Source: Acaryochloris marina MBIC11017
GTDB taxonomy: Bacteria; Cyanobacteriota; Cyanobacteriia; Thermosynechococcales; Thermosynechococcaceae
Direction of reading: 5' to 3'
DNA length: 32,000 nucleotides
Assembly (NCBI RefSeq): GCF_000018105.1
Contig: NC_009928.1
Coordinates: 150,001 to 182,000, forward strand
The notes beneath the pieces are model-generated. The model was given only the letters and a program-made list of their open reading frames with translations. It was not told the DNA's origin and did no database searches. This document shows positions 10,256 through 19,098 of this stretch, piece after piece. Each line of letters begins with the position of its first letter. The first letter of the stretch is position 1. A program made the translations under genes and the position numbers.

Positions 10256-11039
10256 AAACACCTGATGAAATTTATTATGCGGGTGACTCACCTGTGTAAT
10301 ACTCGTTGAACAAGGCAAACATGGGGAGATTTCTCAGAGCTTAGAGACCCTGCAAAATTGTCCAATCAGTGGGGACCACTTCAAAGCGCTGGATTGTCGA
10401 ACGTAGTTTTGGATGGATGAACCGTTATCGACGTTTGAACAAAGACTATGAAATCTATACAGAAAATAGTGAAGCAATGATTTTTGGCTCTTTCATTAGG
10501 CTTATGGTTCGCCGCCTAGCAGCTTAAGGTTTAGTTTATAAATTAGCTCTTACTCGAAAGTAATTTTCTTCAGATTGCTTGCCCCACCAACTAAATTCTG
10601 TGGGATTGGTGCTTCCTGTATGCTTCTACACTAGATTTATTATCAGTAATGAGCTTTGAGATAACTGCACAATTTTTGCACAATCTCATTGCTTTAATAA
10701 ATACAGAGTTCAAAAAGCATTGAGACTTAATTCCCATAAAGGTTAGGATGCATATATTAGAAAAGTCCTCTTATCAGCATTCACCTGTTGACAATGTGGC
10801 TTTTCATATTGGAGATTAGTCTTAGCAGTTCTTAATAGATGGAACTGACAGTGATTCAAATTATTTGCCAGAAAGCAAGTTATCTTAATTAAATTATATT
10901 TTTTGGGGATTACTTAATTTCTAAGCTTTATTGCTTCTATGTCAGTAGTCAATTAAGTCTGAATAGTTTTTTGATCAATGATTGTTCTTTGCAACAAAAT
11001 TGAATTCATTCGGAATCAAAGAATTTAGGAGATACCAGA

Positions 11040-11558
11040 ATGCTAGATGCTTTTACTAAAGTAGTCTCTCAGGCTGACACAAGAGGAGCTTACGTCAGCG
11101 ATGCAGAGGTAGATGCTCTCAAAGCAATGGTGGCTGATGCTAATAAGCGTATTGATGCTGTCAACCGAATCACAGGCAACGCATCAACGATTGTAGCCAA
11201 TGCAGCAAGAGCCCTATTTGCTGATCAACCCCAATTGTGTGCACCCGGTGGAAATGCCTACACTTCTCGTCGGATGGCTGCTTGTTTACGTGACATGGAA
11301 ATCATCCTCCGCTATGTTACCTATGCTGTCTATACTGGCGATGCCAGTGTCCTGAATGACCGTTGCCTCAATGGCCTACGTGAGACATACTCAGCTCTTG
11401 GCGTTCCTGGCGGTTCAGTCGCTGCGGGTGTTCAGAAGATGAAAGAAGCAGCTATCGAAATAGCCAATGATCCTAAAGGGATTACTCAAGGTGATTGCAG
11501 TAATCTTATGGCTGAAATAGGTAGCTATTTTGATTTAGCTTCCTCTGCTGTGGGTTAA
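11040..11558 (+). CDS. cpcB: C-phycocyanin beta subunit
   Basis: [37 protein letters not shown] and ITQGDCS include the Cys82 and Cys153 bilin sites. The product is 172 aa, with an AGGAG Shine-Dalgarno upstream. Confidence 0.97.
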   Translation: MLDAFTKVVSQADTRGAYVSDAEVDALKAMVADANKRIDAVNRITGNASTIVANAARALFADQPQLCAPGGNAYTSRRMAACLRDMEIILRYVTYAVYTGDASVLNDRCLNGLRETYSALGVPGGSVAAGVQKMKEAAIEIANDPKGITQGDCSNLMAEIGSYFDLASSAVG

Positions 11559-11642
11559 ATCTAGGAAGAAATTCAGTCCTTCATTTTTCTGTACTTATAT
11601 ATTTTTGCCTCCTTTTGCTAAATTCTTTAGAGGAAAATAAAC

Positions 11643-12131
11643 ATGCAAACCCCTTTGATTGAAGCCGTCTCATCTGCAGATTCTCAAGGACGGTTTTTAA
11701 GTTCGACAGAATTGCAAGTCGCCTTTGGTCGCTTCCGTCAGGCAGCTGCAAGTCTGGATGCAGCGAAAACTTTAAATTCCAAAGCAGATAGTTTGGCTGA
11801 TGGTGCAGCCAATGCTGTGTATCAGAAGTTTCCCTACACCACTCAAATGACGGGGAGCAATTACGCCTCAACACCAGAGGGAAAAGCCAAGTGTGTTAGA
11901 GATATTGGCTATTATCTACGGATTATCAGCTATTGCTTAATCGCAGGTGGCACAGGTCCCTTGGATGACTATTTAATTAATGGTTTAGCTGAGATCAATA
12001 GAACGTTTGATTTATCGCCAAGCTGGTATGTTGAGGCTCTGAAGCACATTAAAGCAAACCATGGCTTAAGTGGTGACTCGGCAGTTGAAGCCAACTCGTA
12101 TATTGACTATGCGATTAATGCACTGAGCTAG
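11643..12131 (+). CDS. cpcA: C-phycocyanin alpha subunit
   Basis: The product begins [20 protein letters not shown] and contains [19 protein letters not shown] (Cys84). It is 162 aa and lies 84 nt downstream of cpcB. Confidence 0.97.
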   Translation: MQTPLIEAVSSADSQGRFLSSTELQVAFGRFRQAAASLDAAKTLNSKADSLADGAANAVYQKFPYTTQMTGSNYASTPEGKAKCVRDIGYYLRIISYCLIAGGTGPLDDYLINGLAEINRTFDLSPSWYVEALKHIKANHGLSGDSAVEANSYIDYAINALS

Positions 12132-12147
12132 ATGTAGAAGCTTTGAT

Positions 12148-12213
12148 AACCCAAAATGGCACTGCTCTGGTTTATCGGCTGGAATAACAGTTGAGCTGTT
12201 GCTATTTTGGGTT
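12148..12213 (+). promoter_or_regulatory. Long stem-loop just 3' of cpcA (candidate processing, stability or attenuation element)
   Basis: A 14-bp stem pairs AACCCAAAATGGCA (12148-12161) with TGCTATTTTGGGTT (12200-12213), with one G-U pair. An inner hairpin AACAG-TTGAG-CTGTT is present. No U-tract follows, so this is not a canonical terminator. Confidence 0.45.
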
Positions 12214-12529
12214 CAACTTCTTCAAACAGGTAAGGAGATAAGGGAATAAGCTATACATAAAGAGACTGCCCAACAAGTTGGGAATATCTGATTTGCTTTA
12301 ATTTCGCAATTGCCCTCTAGGCTGTTCGCAGAGTTTTGATCATGTAATCGCGCTCACAGAGTATAGTCTTGTTTGATTGGCAAGTTCACATCCCTAACAT
12401 CATCAATTCTTATCACCTCTGTATTCTTTTTTCAAAAAATCAGGTGATTGATACTTATTACTATCACTTAATTGAATTTCCAGCGACCAAAAACATAAGC
12501 GATACACGAGTGTCAAAGGAGAGTTACTT

Positions 12530-13402
12530 GTGGCAATAACGACATCAGCATCTCGACTGGGTACATCAGTATTCGATGAAACGCCACCTACGGAGCTTCG
12601 TCCCAACTGGTCACAGAAAGATGCTGAGATGACCATTAATGCGGTTTACCGCCAGGTGTTAGGAAACGACCATTTAATGGAAGCGGAGCGACTCAGCGGG
12701 CTTGAGTCTCAATTTGCCAACGGTCTTTTAACGGTTAAAGATTTTGTTCGTGCAGTTGCTAAATCAGAATTATATAAGTCCAAATTTCTCTACCCTCATT
12801 TTCATACGAGAGTCATTGAATTAAACTTCAAGCACCTCTTAGGGCGAGCACCCTATAGTGAAGCAGAGGTGATTGAACATCTCGATCGTTACCAAAATGA
12901 GGGATATGAGGCAGATATTGATTCTTATATTGACTCCAAGGAATATGATGCGAGTTTTGGTGATTCCATCGTTCCTTACTACCGCGATTTGGTGACCACA
13001 GGTGTCGGTCAGCAAACGGTTGGATTTACCCGCCTGTTCAATCTATACCGTGGATATGCCAATAGCGACCGCGCTCAATTAGCGGGTGCAGCGTCTCGCT
13101 TGGCTGGCCAACTTGCTACTAATTCCGCTTCTGCAGTAATCGCACCCTCTGGCGGGTGCGACGGCTGGGGATATCAGTCTTCTAAACAAGGAACGACCCC
13201 AAATCTAGCGTTTGGACGCTCGTCTGAATCTTCTACTGCCCGTCTATATCGGATTGAGGTTTCTGGCATTAGTCTACCTCGATATCCGAAGGTGAGAAGG
13301 AGCAATCGGGAATTTATTGTTCCTTACAATCAACTCAATAACACCCTGAAACAGATCAATAAGTTGGGTGGTAAGGTTGCAAGCATTACTGTTGCGAAAT
13401 AG
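12530..13402 (+). CDS. cpcC: Phycocyanin-associated rod linker (PBS-linker domain plus CpcD-like domain)
   Basis: A GTG start follows an AGGAG Shine-Dalgarno. The product begins [12 protein letters not shown] and contains [31 protein letters not shown] and [16 protein letters not shown], with the C-terminal LYRIEVSG...VPYNQL...LGGKVASI. Confidence 0.95.
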   Translation: MAITTSASRLGTSVFDETPPTELRPNWSQKDAEMTINAVYRQVLGNDHLMEAERLSGLESQFANGLLTVKDFVRAVAKSELYKSKFLYPHFHTRVIELNFKHLLGRAPYSEAEVIEHLDRYQNEGYEADIDSYIDSKEYDASFGDSIVPYYRDLVTTGVGQQTVGFTRLFNLYRGYANSDRAQLAGAASRLAGQLATNSASAVIAPSGGCDGWGYQSSKQGTTPNLAFGRSSESSTARLYRIEVSGISLPRYPKVRRSNREFIVPYNQLNNTLKQINKLGGKVASITVAK

Positions 13403-13416
13403 GAGTTAGAAACATA

Positions 13417-13821
13417 ATGTTAGGGCAATCTCGCCAAACTTTCATATATGAAGTAACCGGTTTACGACAAAACAGTGAAACCCAGAATCGAAATCATCAA
13501 TTTCGAAACAGTAGTGTTTTGATTCAAGTTCCTCTAAGCCGGATGAATGCAGAAACACAGCGGATTACACGTTTGGGTGGCAAAATTGTCCGTATCCGTC
13601 CAGCGAGTGATTATTCATCTGGTACTAAGGGTGTCGTTGGAACGGTTGGGGGGAATCGGCAGAAGCTATATAGAGTACGTGTGACCAAATCATCCTTAGC
13701 AAGGACAGCCAAGGTGAGAGCAAGCATCAGTGAATATCTTATTCCCTATGAACAACTCTCTTCTGCCCTGAAGCGATTCAACCAAAAAGGTAGCAAAGTA
13801 CTTAATGTATCTCCAGCGTAG
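13417..13821 (+). CDS. cpcD: Small rod-capping linker homolog with two tandem CpcD-like domains
   Basis: Residues 6-64 (RQTFIYEVTGLRQ...VPLSRMNAETQRITRLGGKIVRIRPA) form a canonical CpcD domain. Residues about 81-134 (RQKLYRVRVTKSS...IPYEQLSSALKRFNQKGSKVLNVSPA) form a second one that resembles the CpcC tail. An AGGAG Shine-Dalgarno is present. Confidence 0.85.
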   Translation: MLGQSRQTFIYEVTGLRQNSETQNRNHQFRNSSVLIQVPLSRMNAETQRITRLGGKIVRIRPASDYSSGTKGVVGTVGGNRQKLYRVRVTKSSLARTAKVRASISEYLIPYEQLSSALKRFNQKGSKVLNVSPA

Positions 13822-13971
13822 ATAATATGCTGACTGATCATTGGATAAACATTGTTACCATTTTATTGAAGCAAAAAAACGTTTTAACGACTCTGTCAAA
13901 ATCTGTGTTAATAACACGGCAGCTTAAGCATCATTAGACTATTGATGGCGCTAATAATCAAATTACATACC

Positions 13972-14010
13972 AAAACCCTTTGGAGACCTTTTTCTCTCAT
14001 AGGGTTTTTT
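13972..14010 (+). terminator. Putative intrinsic terminator of the cpcBACD transcription unit
   Basis: AAAACCCT (13972-13979) pairs with AGGGTTTT (14001-14008) and is followed by TT-ATTT. The loop is large (21 nt) with some internal pairing. Confidence 0.45.
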
Positions 14011-14392
14011 ATTTGATCAGTTAGCTCGTTTGAATAATAAGCTTCTTTCTGTAATAGAGTATGACTTGCAATATTCTAATCTGCGAATTGAATTATAGTT
14101 CATCAATACAATATATCTCATGTCGAAATCAAATATGCCTAAATCGATTAAAGTTCTTCCAGTAGTTTTCCTGCTTTTTATTTATTAGGATGATAATCCT
14201 TGTGTCATGAGCTGAGATCTTATTTATAGCTTATTTATTCCCTTGATATTGGAGTATTGGATTTAGTTATATCCTTTCATTTCATAAAGTGATAACTAAT
14301 AAATGGTATGATTCTTTTCTTATATACTTTTTATTAAGAATAAACTTCAAGGTATATACTTTAACCGCACACAGAAAGAGGTATGGAAGATA

Positions 14393-15019
14393 ATGAATAT
14401 TTTGGAATTTTTCCAGAAAAGTGAAGGATCTTGGAAATCAATTAGGACAACCCATCATCTTGCATTCAAAAAAGCTGAATCAGGAGAATCAGTAATTTGT
14501 GTAAAAACTCTCTCCCCAGATGATACTCAAGTATTAGCTACCTGCAAAATCCATAATTTTGATCCCAAATTATCTATCGGCGGAGCATATGTCAGTTGGA
14601 CGGGAGGGATGGAATGGGATAAGGAAGATGTCAAGCATGATGGGTCAACCGCATTCGCCATTATTCAAGATACTGAGCAACCGCAAAGTGGGAAAATACT
14701 TCGTGATCGTGGATATGCTGATGCAGCACCTGTAGTGAGTAGTTATCAACTGAGCGAGGAAGATGTTCTTACTCTAACCACCAACTATGGAGGTATGGAT
14801 TCAACTGAGCAATTTTGGTTTGCTGCTCCAAATGTACGTCTTCGGACTAGCATAGTATCAATATCTGGTGGGATTACTACTGCCACTTTTTGCTCAGAAA
14901 TTAGGATAATAAATACTAATGATTCTGAAGCTGTATCAATAAAGCAAGAGAAAAAACTGGTCCAAAATAAGCAAAGCAAAATTGTGATGAATAAAATGAC
15001 TCCTTCTTTTGGATGGTGA
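14393..15019 (+). CDS. cpcS: Phycobiliprotein bilin lyase, CpcS/CpeS family
   Basis: FFQKSEGSWKSIRTTHHLAFKKAESGES, GGAYVSWTG, RDRGYA, EQFWFAAPNVRLRTS and ATFCSEIR match the S-type lyase pattern. About 35 aa of Lys/Asn-rich C-terminal extension follow. Confidence 0.88.
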   Translation: MNILEFFQKSEGSWKSIRTTHHLAFKKAESGESVICVKTLSPDDTQVLATCKIHNFDPKLSIGGAYVSWTGGMEWDKEDVKHDGSTAFAIIQDTEQPQSGKILRDRGYADAAPVVSSYQLSEEDVLTLTTNYGGMDSTEQFWFAAPNVRLRTSIVSISGGITTATFCSEIRIINTNDSEAVSIKQEKKLVQNKQSKIVMNKMTPSFGW

Positions 15020-15338
15020 TTTTTGGGGCAGATAATCATTTATCAGACATAATCCCAGTTGCTAAATAAATCTAGCTATAGTCTTCAGCATTAGCTCCAA
15101 GAGAAATTAGTCATTATCAACTATTTTCCTAACCTAAATAGTTGAAAGTCTTTGCAATAATATAATTAGTTTTAGTACTATGACTAGTTTTATTTGATAG
15201 ATATCTTGAAAAGAATATTTTTAGCTAAAAAGCTCATTACTTTTGTAGTTTTTGTTCTGAGTCCGTAGGATTATATGAGTTAACCAATAAACTATAAAAC
15301 TATTCAGTTTGTTTGACATATATTGAGCTGGTAATATC

Positions 15339-15461
15339 TTCAATCTAGTGAGGGTAGATTCCCCGCTGCTTGCAGCGAAGAAATGGGATTGTAATCCAAA
15401 TCTACGGTTTGGGAGCAAATCGTATTCCATACCCCGTCTGCTTGCAGCGGGGCAGTTGATT
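15339..15461 (+). repeat. 123-bp MITE-like repeat, copy 2
   Basis: By eye it is identical to 3066-3188 and 28260-28382. It lies about 320 nt downstream of cpcS. Confidence 0.85.
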
Positions 15462-16122
15462 AAATTCTTTACAATAGCTGAGGAAGGAATACTTGAGAAA
15501 AAGGCTATGCAAAGATAGTAGCCACTATTAATATCTATTGAACTTTTTACGAATCAAAAATTTTTTTTTCTAGGATTTTGCAAGAGGGAATCAAATTGAT
15601 CCTTGATTTTTCACAAAATTTCAAGTAAATCACTTAATTTCATTGATTTAAAATCAGTGATTTTTAATAGATACTTATAAAAAAGAATCACCGTACCTAA
15701 TTACAACAAGAAACGATGATCTTATAAGAAACGCTATTTATGCAGATAAATCAACTTACGAAAGAAGTTAATTCAATGATTATACCTGAAAAGTTTTACC
15801 TCCGCTAATTCTGAAAATTAATGGTTACAGTTATGATGATTGCAAGGCAAGTGTTTCTTAATCACTTTTAGGAGAAAAGATAATCTGAATACTGGAGAAG
15901 TAAGGCTGAGAACATTATGGATTTGGTGGGCTGTTGAAGCAATGCTCATGTGGCTGTAATGAGCCACATGATGGAGACAGTTATAGGTTGTTTTAAACGA
16001 GCTTTGTAGCGGACAGTTTCAAGGTATGCAAGTAGTAGTGAGAGGAAGGGTGTAGTTAGTTATGTAATGGTAGGAATATTAGCAAAGCTGAAATCATAGA
16101 TGGGCAGTAAAAAAAATTAACA

Positions 16123-16899
16123 ATAGCGACCTCACCACCCTGCAATGGGAATTACTTGAGTCCTTGATTCTTGCTGCTAAACCTGGAGGTAGACCTCGCA
16201 CGACTGATATGCTCAGTGTGCTTAATGCCATCTTTTATCTCTTGGTTACGGGGTGTCAGTGGAGACAGCTACCCCATGATTTTTCCTGTTGGTCAACGGT
16301 CTATAGCTATTTTCGAAGGTGGCGCGATGATGGCACTTGGGTCCACATCAATGAACATCTGCGCATGCAAGTGCGGGTGAGTGAAGAGCGTCATCTAAGT
16401 CCCAGTGCCGCCATCTGCGATACTCAATCGGTCAAAGTCGGCAATCCCCGGTGTCACTCGATAGGGTTTGATGGTGGGAAAATGGTCAAAGGTCGTAAAC
16501 GTCATGTGCTCGTTGATACTTTAGGGCTGATCCTGATAGTGATGGTCACCGCTGCCAATATCTCTGACCAACGAGGAGCCAAGATACTGTTTTAGAAAGC
16601 TCAACGCCAAGGTGCAAGTTTGTGTTCGTATATGGGCCAATGCGGGCTATCAAGGACAAGCCTTTATGAAGTGGGTGATGGACCGTTTTCAATATGTCTT
16701 AGAAGTGATCAAACGCTCAGATAATCTAGCAGGGTTCCAGATGGTTCCCAAACGATGGATTGTAGAGCGGACGTTTGGATGGTTGTTGTGGTCTCGACGT
16801 CTCAATAAAGATTATGAGGTCTTGACCAAGACAGCTGAAGCGCTTGTGTATGCGGCAATGATTCGACTGATGCTTCGAAGGCTAGCGGAGGACTACTAA
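16123..16899 (+). pseudogene. IS5-family DDE transposase, 5'-truncated, two-frame organisation
   Basis: Track ORFs 16164..16595 and 16612..16899 are about 95 percent identical in protein to copy 1. Frame A ends at TTT TAG (16590-16595) and the protein continues in the +1 frame (FRKLNAKVQVCVRIWANAGY). Confidence 0.8.
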
Positions 16900-16917
16900 A
16901 ACTTTTCAAACAGCCTC
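16123..16917 (+). mobile_element. IS5-family insertion sequence, copy 2 (same element as 32-920, inverted, left end missing)
   Basis: Homology to copy 1 starts abruptly at ATAGCGACCTCACC (16123). About 94 bp, including the left IR and the start codon, are absent. The right IR ends at 16917 and is followed by TAA. Confidence 0.85.
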
Positions 16918-17046
16918 TAAACCATGTGAGATTAGCTTACGGCTTATCATTCCTCTCCAAAGCAATAATCTAGAGCAACCTCTCTGTCTGGGCATAGATC
17001 ATAACTGCCAAATCTTGTTTGGAAAGATCAGTCTTAGAAAAGTTAG

Positions 17047-17250
17047 TTAGTCATCTAAGGGAGCAAAGGGTTTGCTTATATCCCATTCCTGCTTGATGAG
17101 CTGTTTGTACATTGTCTCTTTAATGATCATTTGTTTATAAAGCTGGATTAAAAAATCCTGAGCTTGTTCTTTACTCATCTTTTGGACTTGGTACTCAAAT
17201 GATTGCAAACTGAATTTTTGTTCTAGGGAAAGCTCTACAAAATTGTCCAC
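17047..17250 (-). CDS. nblA: Phycobilisome degradation protein NblA
   Basis: The product is 67 aa. ELSLEQKFSLQSFEYQVQKMSKEQAQDFLIQLYKQMIIKETMYKQLIK matches the NblA helix-loop-helix pattern. A GTG start follows a GAGGTGG Shine-Dalgarno about 7 nt upstream. Confidence 0.85.
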   Translation of the reverse strand: MDNFVELSLEQKFSLQSFEYQVQKMSKEQAQDFLIQLYKQMIIKETMYKQLIKQEWDISKPFAPLDD

Positions 17251-17656
17251 CGGTTATCCACCTCACATGTGTATTACGATTATCCAGGTAGACTACGTCA
17301 GGTAATCCTCTAAAGATTGACTCAACTGGTAGCCTGCCTCATTACTTTCATCTTACATAATGTAAAAAATATTTGACAAAAATGCTACGGCTTAATCTGC
17401 TCTTCAACATGTTCCTCTTTAAATTACAACCTAAGCCTTTAATGCCCTCTCTCTAATCTTGCTTGCCATCCTCATCCAGCCAATCTAGTGGTATGGCTAG
17501 AGTTTTCCCGGATCGCTCCGAAGATTTTCTGCTTCAATACCAATTGACTAACGCTCTTTCATCACTCTAGGCAGATAAAAACAGCGTTTTCACCCCAGGC
17601 GCAGCTCTGGGTATGGCTCCATGGAGTTGATTCATCATCACAATCAATTGTGGAAA

Positions 17657-17995
17657 TCATAGAGATAATCTGGAAATGGGAAAAACCTCCAACCAAGGTT
17701 GAATCTGATTGAATAGAATCAACGGTTGTATCACTAACCTCAAGTTGTTGAGCAGATGTTTCCACCCTTTCCCTGTCTGCCAATATCGGTGCTGTGAAAA
17801 CGTCTCTATCACAGGAGGGACTTGCTGTTTCGTGGATAATCCTGTCGGTAATTCAAACCTATCGGAGTGGAGACTCACCATCAGGTACGCACTCATGACG
17901 ACCTGCCACCATCGTTCAATCTGGGCATAATCCGTGACCCGAAAATCGGCCCAGAACTCATTCTTGCTTTGCTTGAGACCATATTCGACCCAGTT
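17657..17995 (-). pseudogene. C-terminal remnant of an IS4/IS701-like transposase, cut off by the ISL3 insertion
   Basis: The frame reads NWVEYGLKQSKNEFWADFRVTDYAQIERWWQVVMSAYLMVSLHS... and runs into track ORF 17657..17896. It begins abruptly at the ISL3 left end (18003). Confidence 0.55.
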
Positions 17996-19098
17996 TCACC
18001 TCGGGATCTAGTCCACTTTTGGTGATGCCAATTATGCGGTAGAGGATAGAGGGGTAAACCCTTTCCAGGTATGGTTATGGAACTCCTCCAACAATTCCTC
18101 CCATGCCAAGACACCCTCCATTTGGATAGTTGGGATCTTGACTCCATAAACCTTCAGATAACATTCCACATTTCTTCAACTCAAGTTTTGGCTTGTTGTC
18201 CAGTCTGTCATCAGACCGCTCACCGGTTTCACAGTCGCTATGAGCGGACATTGAGAGACCTTCCCGGTGTGGATTTCTGCTTAACTATCCTGCTTCAGGT
18301 CTGTAAGTTTTTCTGCCTTAATGAGACCTGCAAATGTCGCATCTTTACTGAACGTATGCCTCAAGTGGCACTCCCTTGGGCTCGACGAACCGTCCGTTTT
18401 GCAGAACACCTGAGTAAGATCGGCCTAGCCCTCGGCGGTGAAGCCGCAGCTCGTTTAAGTTATCTGATTAATTATGAAAGTAGTCGTAATACGACGTTGC
18501 GGGCCGTATTCAAACTTTCCCTACCGCCAGTGACAACTCCCAAAATATTAGGGGTGGATGATTTTGCATTCCGTAGGGGCCAACAATATGGCACCATTCT
18601 GGTGGATCTCGAAAAGCACCAACCTCTTGTCCTATTGCCAGATCGCGAGGCCGGCACGCTAGCAGATTGGTTACGGGAACATCCAGGTGTCGAAATCGTT
18701 TCTCGTGATCGCTCGAAGACATACAAATCAGCCATAACCGCAGGTGCGCCTGATGCGATTCAGGTCGCTGATCGCTTTCACCTGCTACAAAATTTAGAAG
18801 CAGTGCTAGAAAAAGTGTTTAACTCCAGCTCACAGGCTATCAAGACCGCAGAGTACATGCTGCTGAAATCCAAAATGACTGAGCATCAAGAAAAAGAGTC
18901 GAAATCGTTACCTATAGATCCGCCTGTTGATCCAAGTTCACGCAAAGCTCAAAATCGAGCTAGACGATTGGCCAAATATGAACAGACTCTTGCTTTACGG
19001 CAACAAGGATACAAGATCAAAGATATTGCCCATCATCTGGGTATTGGGAAACGCACCGTTTATACCTATTTAGCGGCTGATACCTTTCCTGAATATAA

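Larger units (their letters stand above)
9099..10383 (+). mobile_element. IS3-family insertion sequence (1285 bp)
   Basis: Imperfect terminal inverted repeats flank the element (TATAATGGCCCCCA...TTGGACA on the left, TGTCCAATCAGTGGGGACCACTTCA on the right, which is TG...-type). A 3-bp AAG duplication lies at 9096-9098 and 10384-10386. Removing the element restores the host ...VLPK/RWIVER junction. Confidence 0.85.
8426..10527 (+). pseudogene. IS5-family DDE transposase, frameshifted and split by an IS3 insertion
   Basis: [13 protein letters not shown]...[12 protein letters not shown] is in track ORF 8426..8722. GSQSVKTTEK, GGKKVKGRKRHIVVDSQGL and LWVDQGYSG lie in other frames. ...GFEVLPK ends at 9098, and the reading resumes as RWIVERSFGWMNRYRRLNKDYE at 10387-10527. 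Confidence 0.8.
8220..10549 (+). mobile_element. Third type of IS5-family insertion sequence, host of two nested insertions
   Basis: The inverted repeat GAGCTAATTTATAAA lies at 8220-8234 and 10535-10549. Direct TTA repeats lie at 8217-8219 and 10550-10552. With the inserts removed the element is about 0.92 kb. Confidence 0.8.

Noticed and set aside
10788-10820. TTGACA at 10788-10793 upstream of cpcB, considered as a -35 box.
   Set aside because: No acceptable -10 hexamer lies at 16-18 nt spacing (CATATT is only 11 nt away). I could not support a promoter call anywhere in 10553-11039 by eye.
17560-17930. Track ORFs 17562..17783 (minus) and 17709..17930 (plus), considered as independent genes.
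   Set aside because: The region is the 3' remnant of an IS701-like transposase. These are alternative frames of decayed IS sequence.
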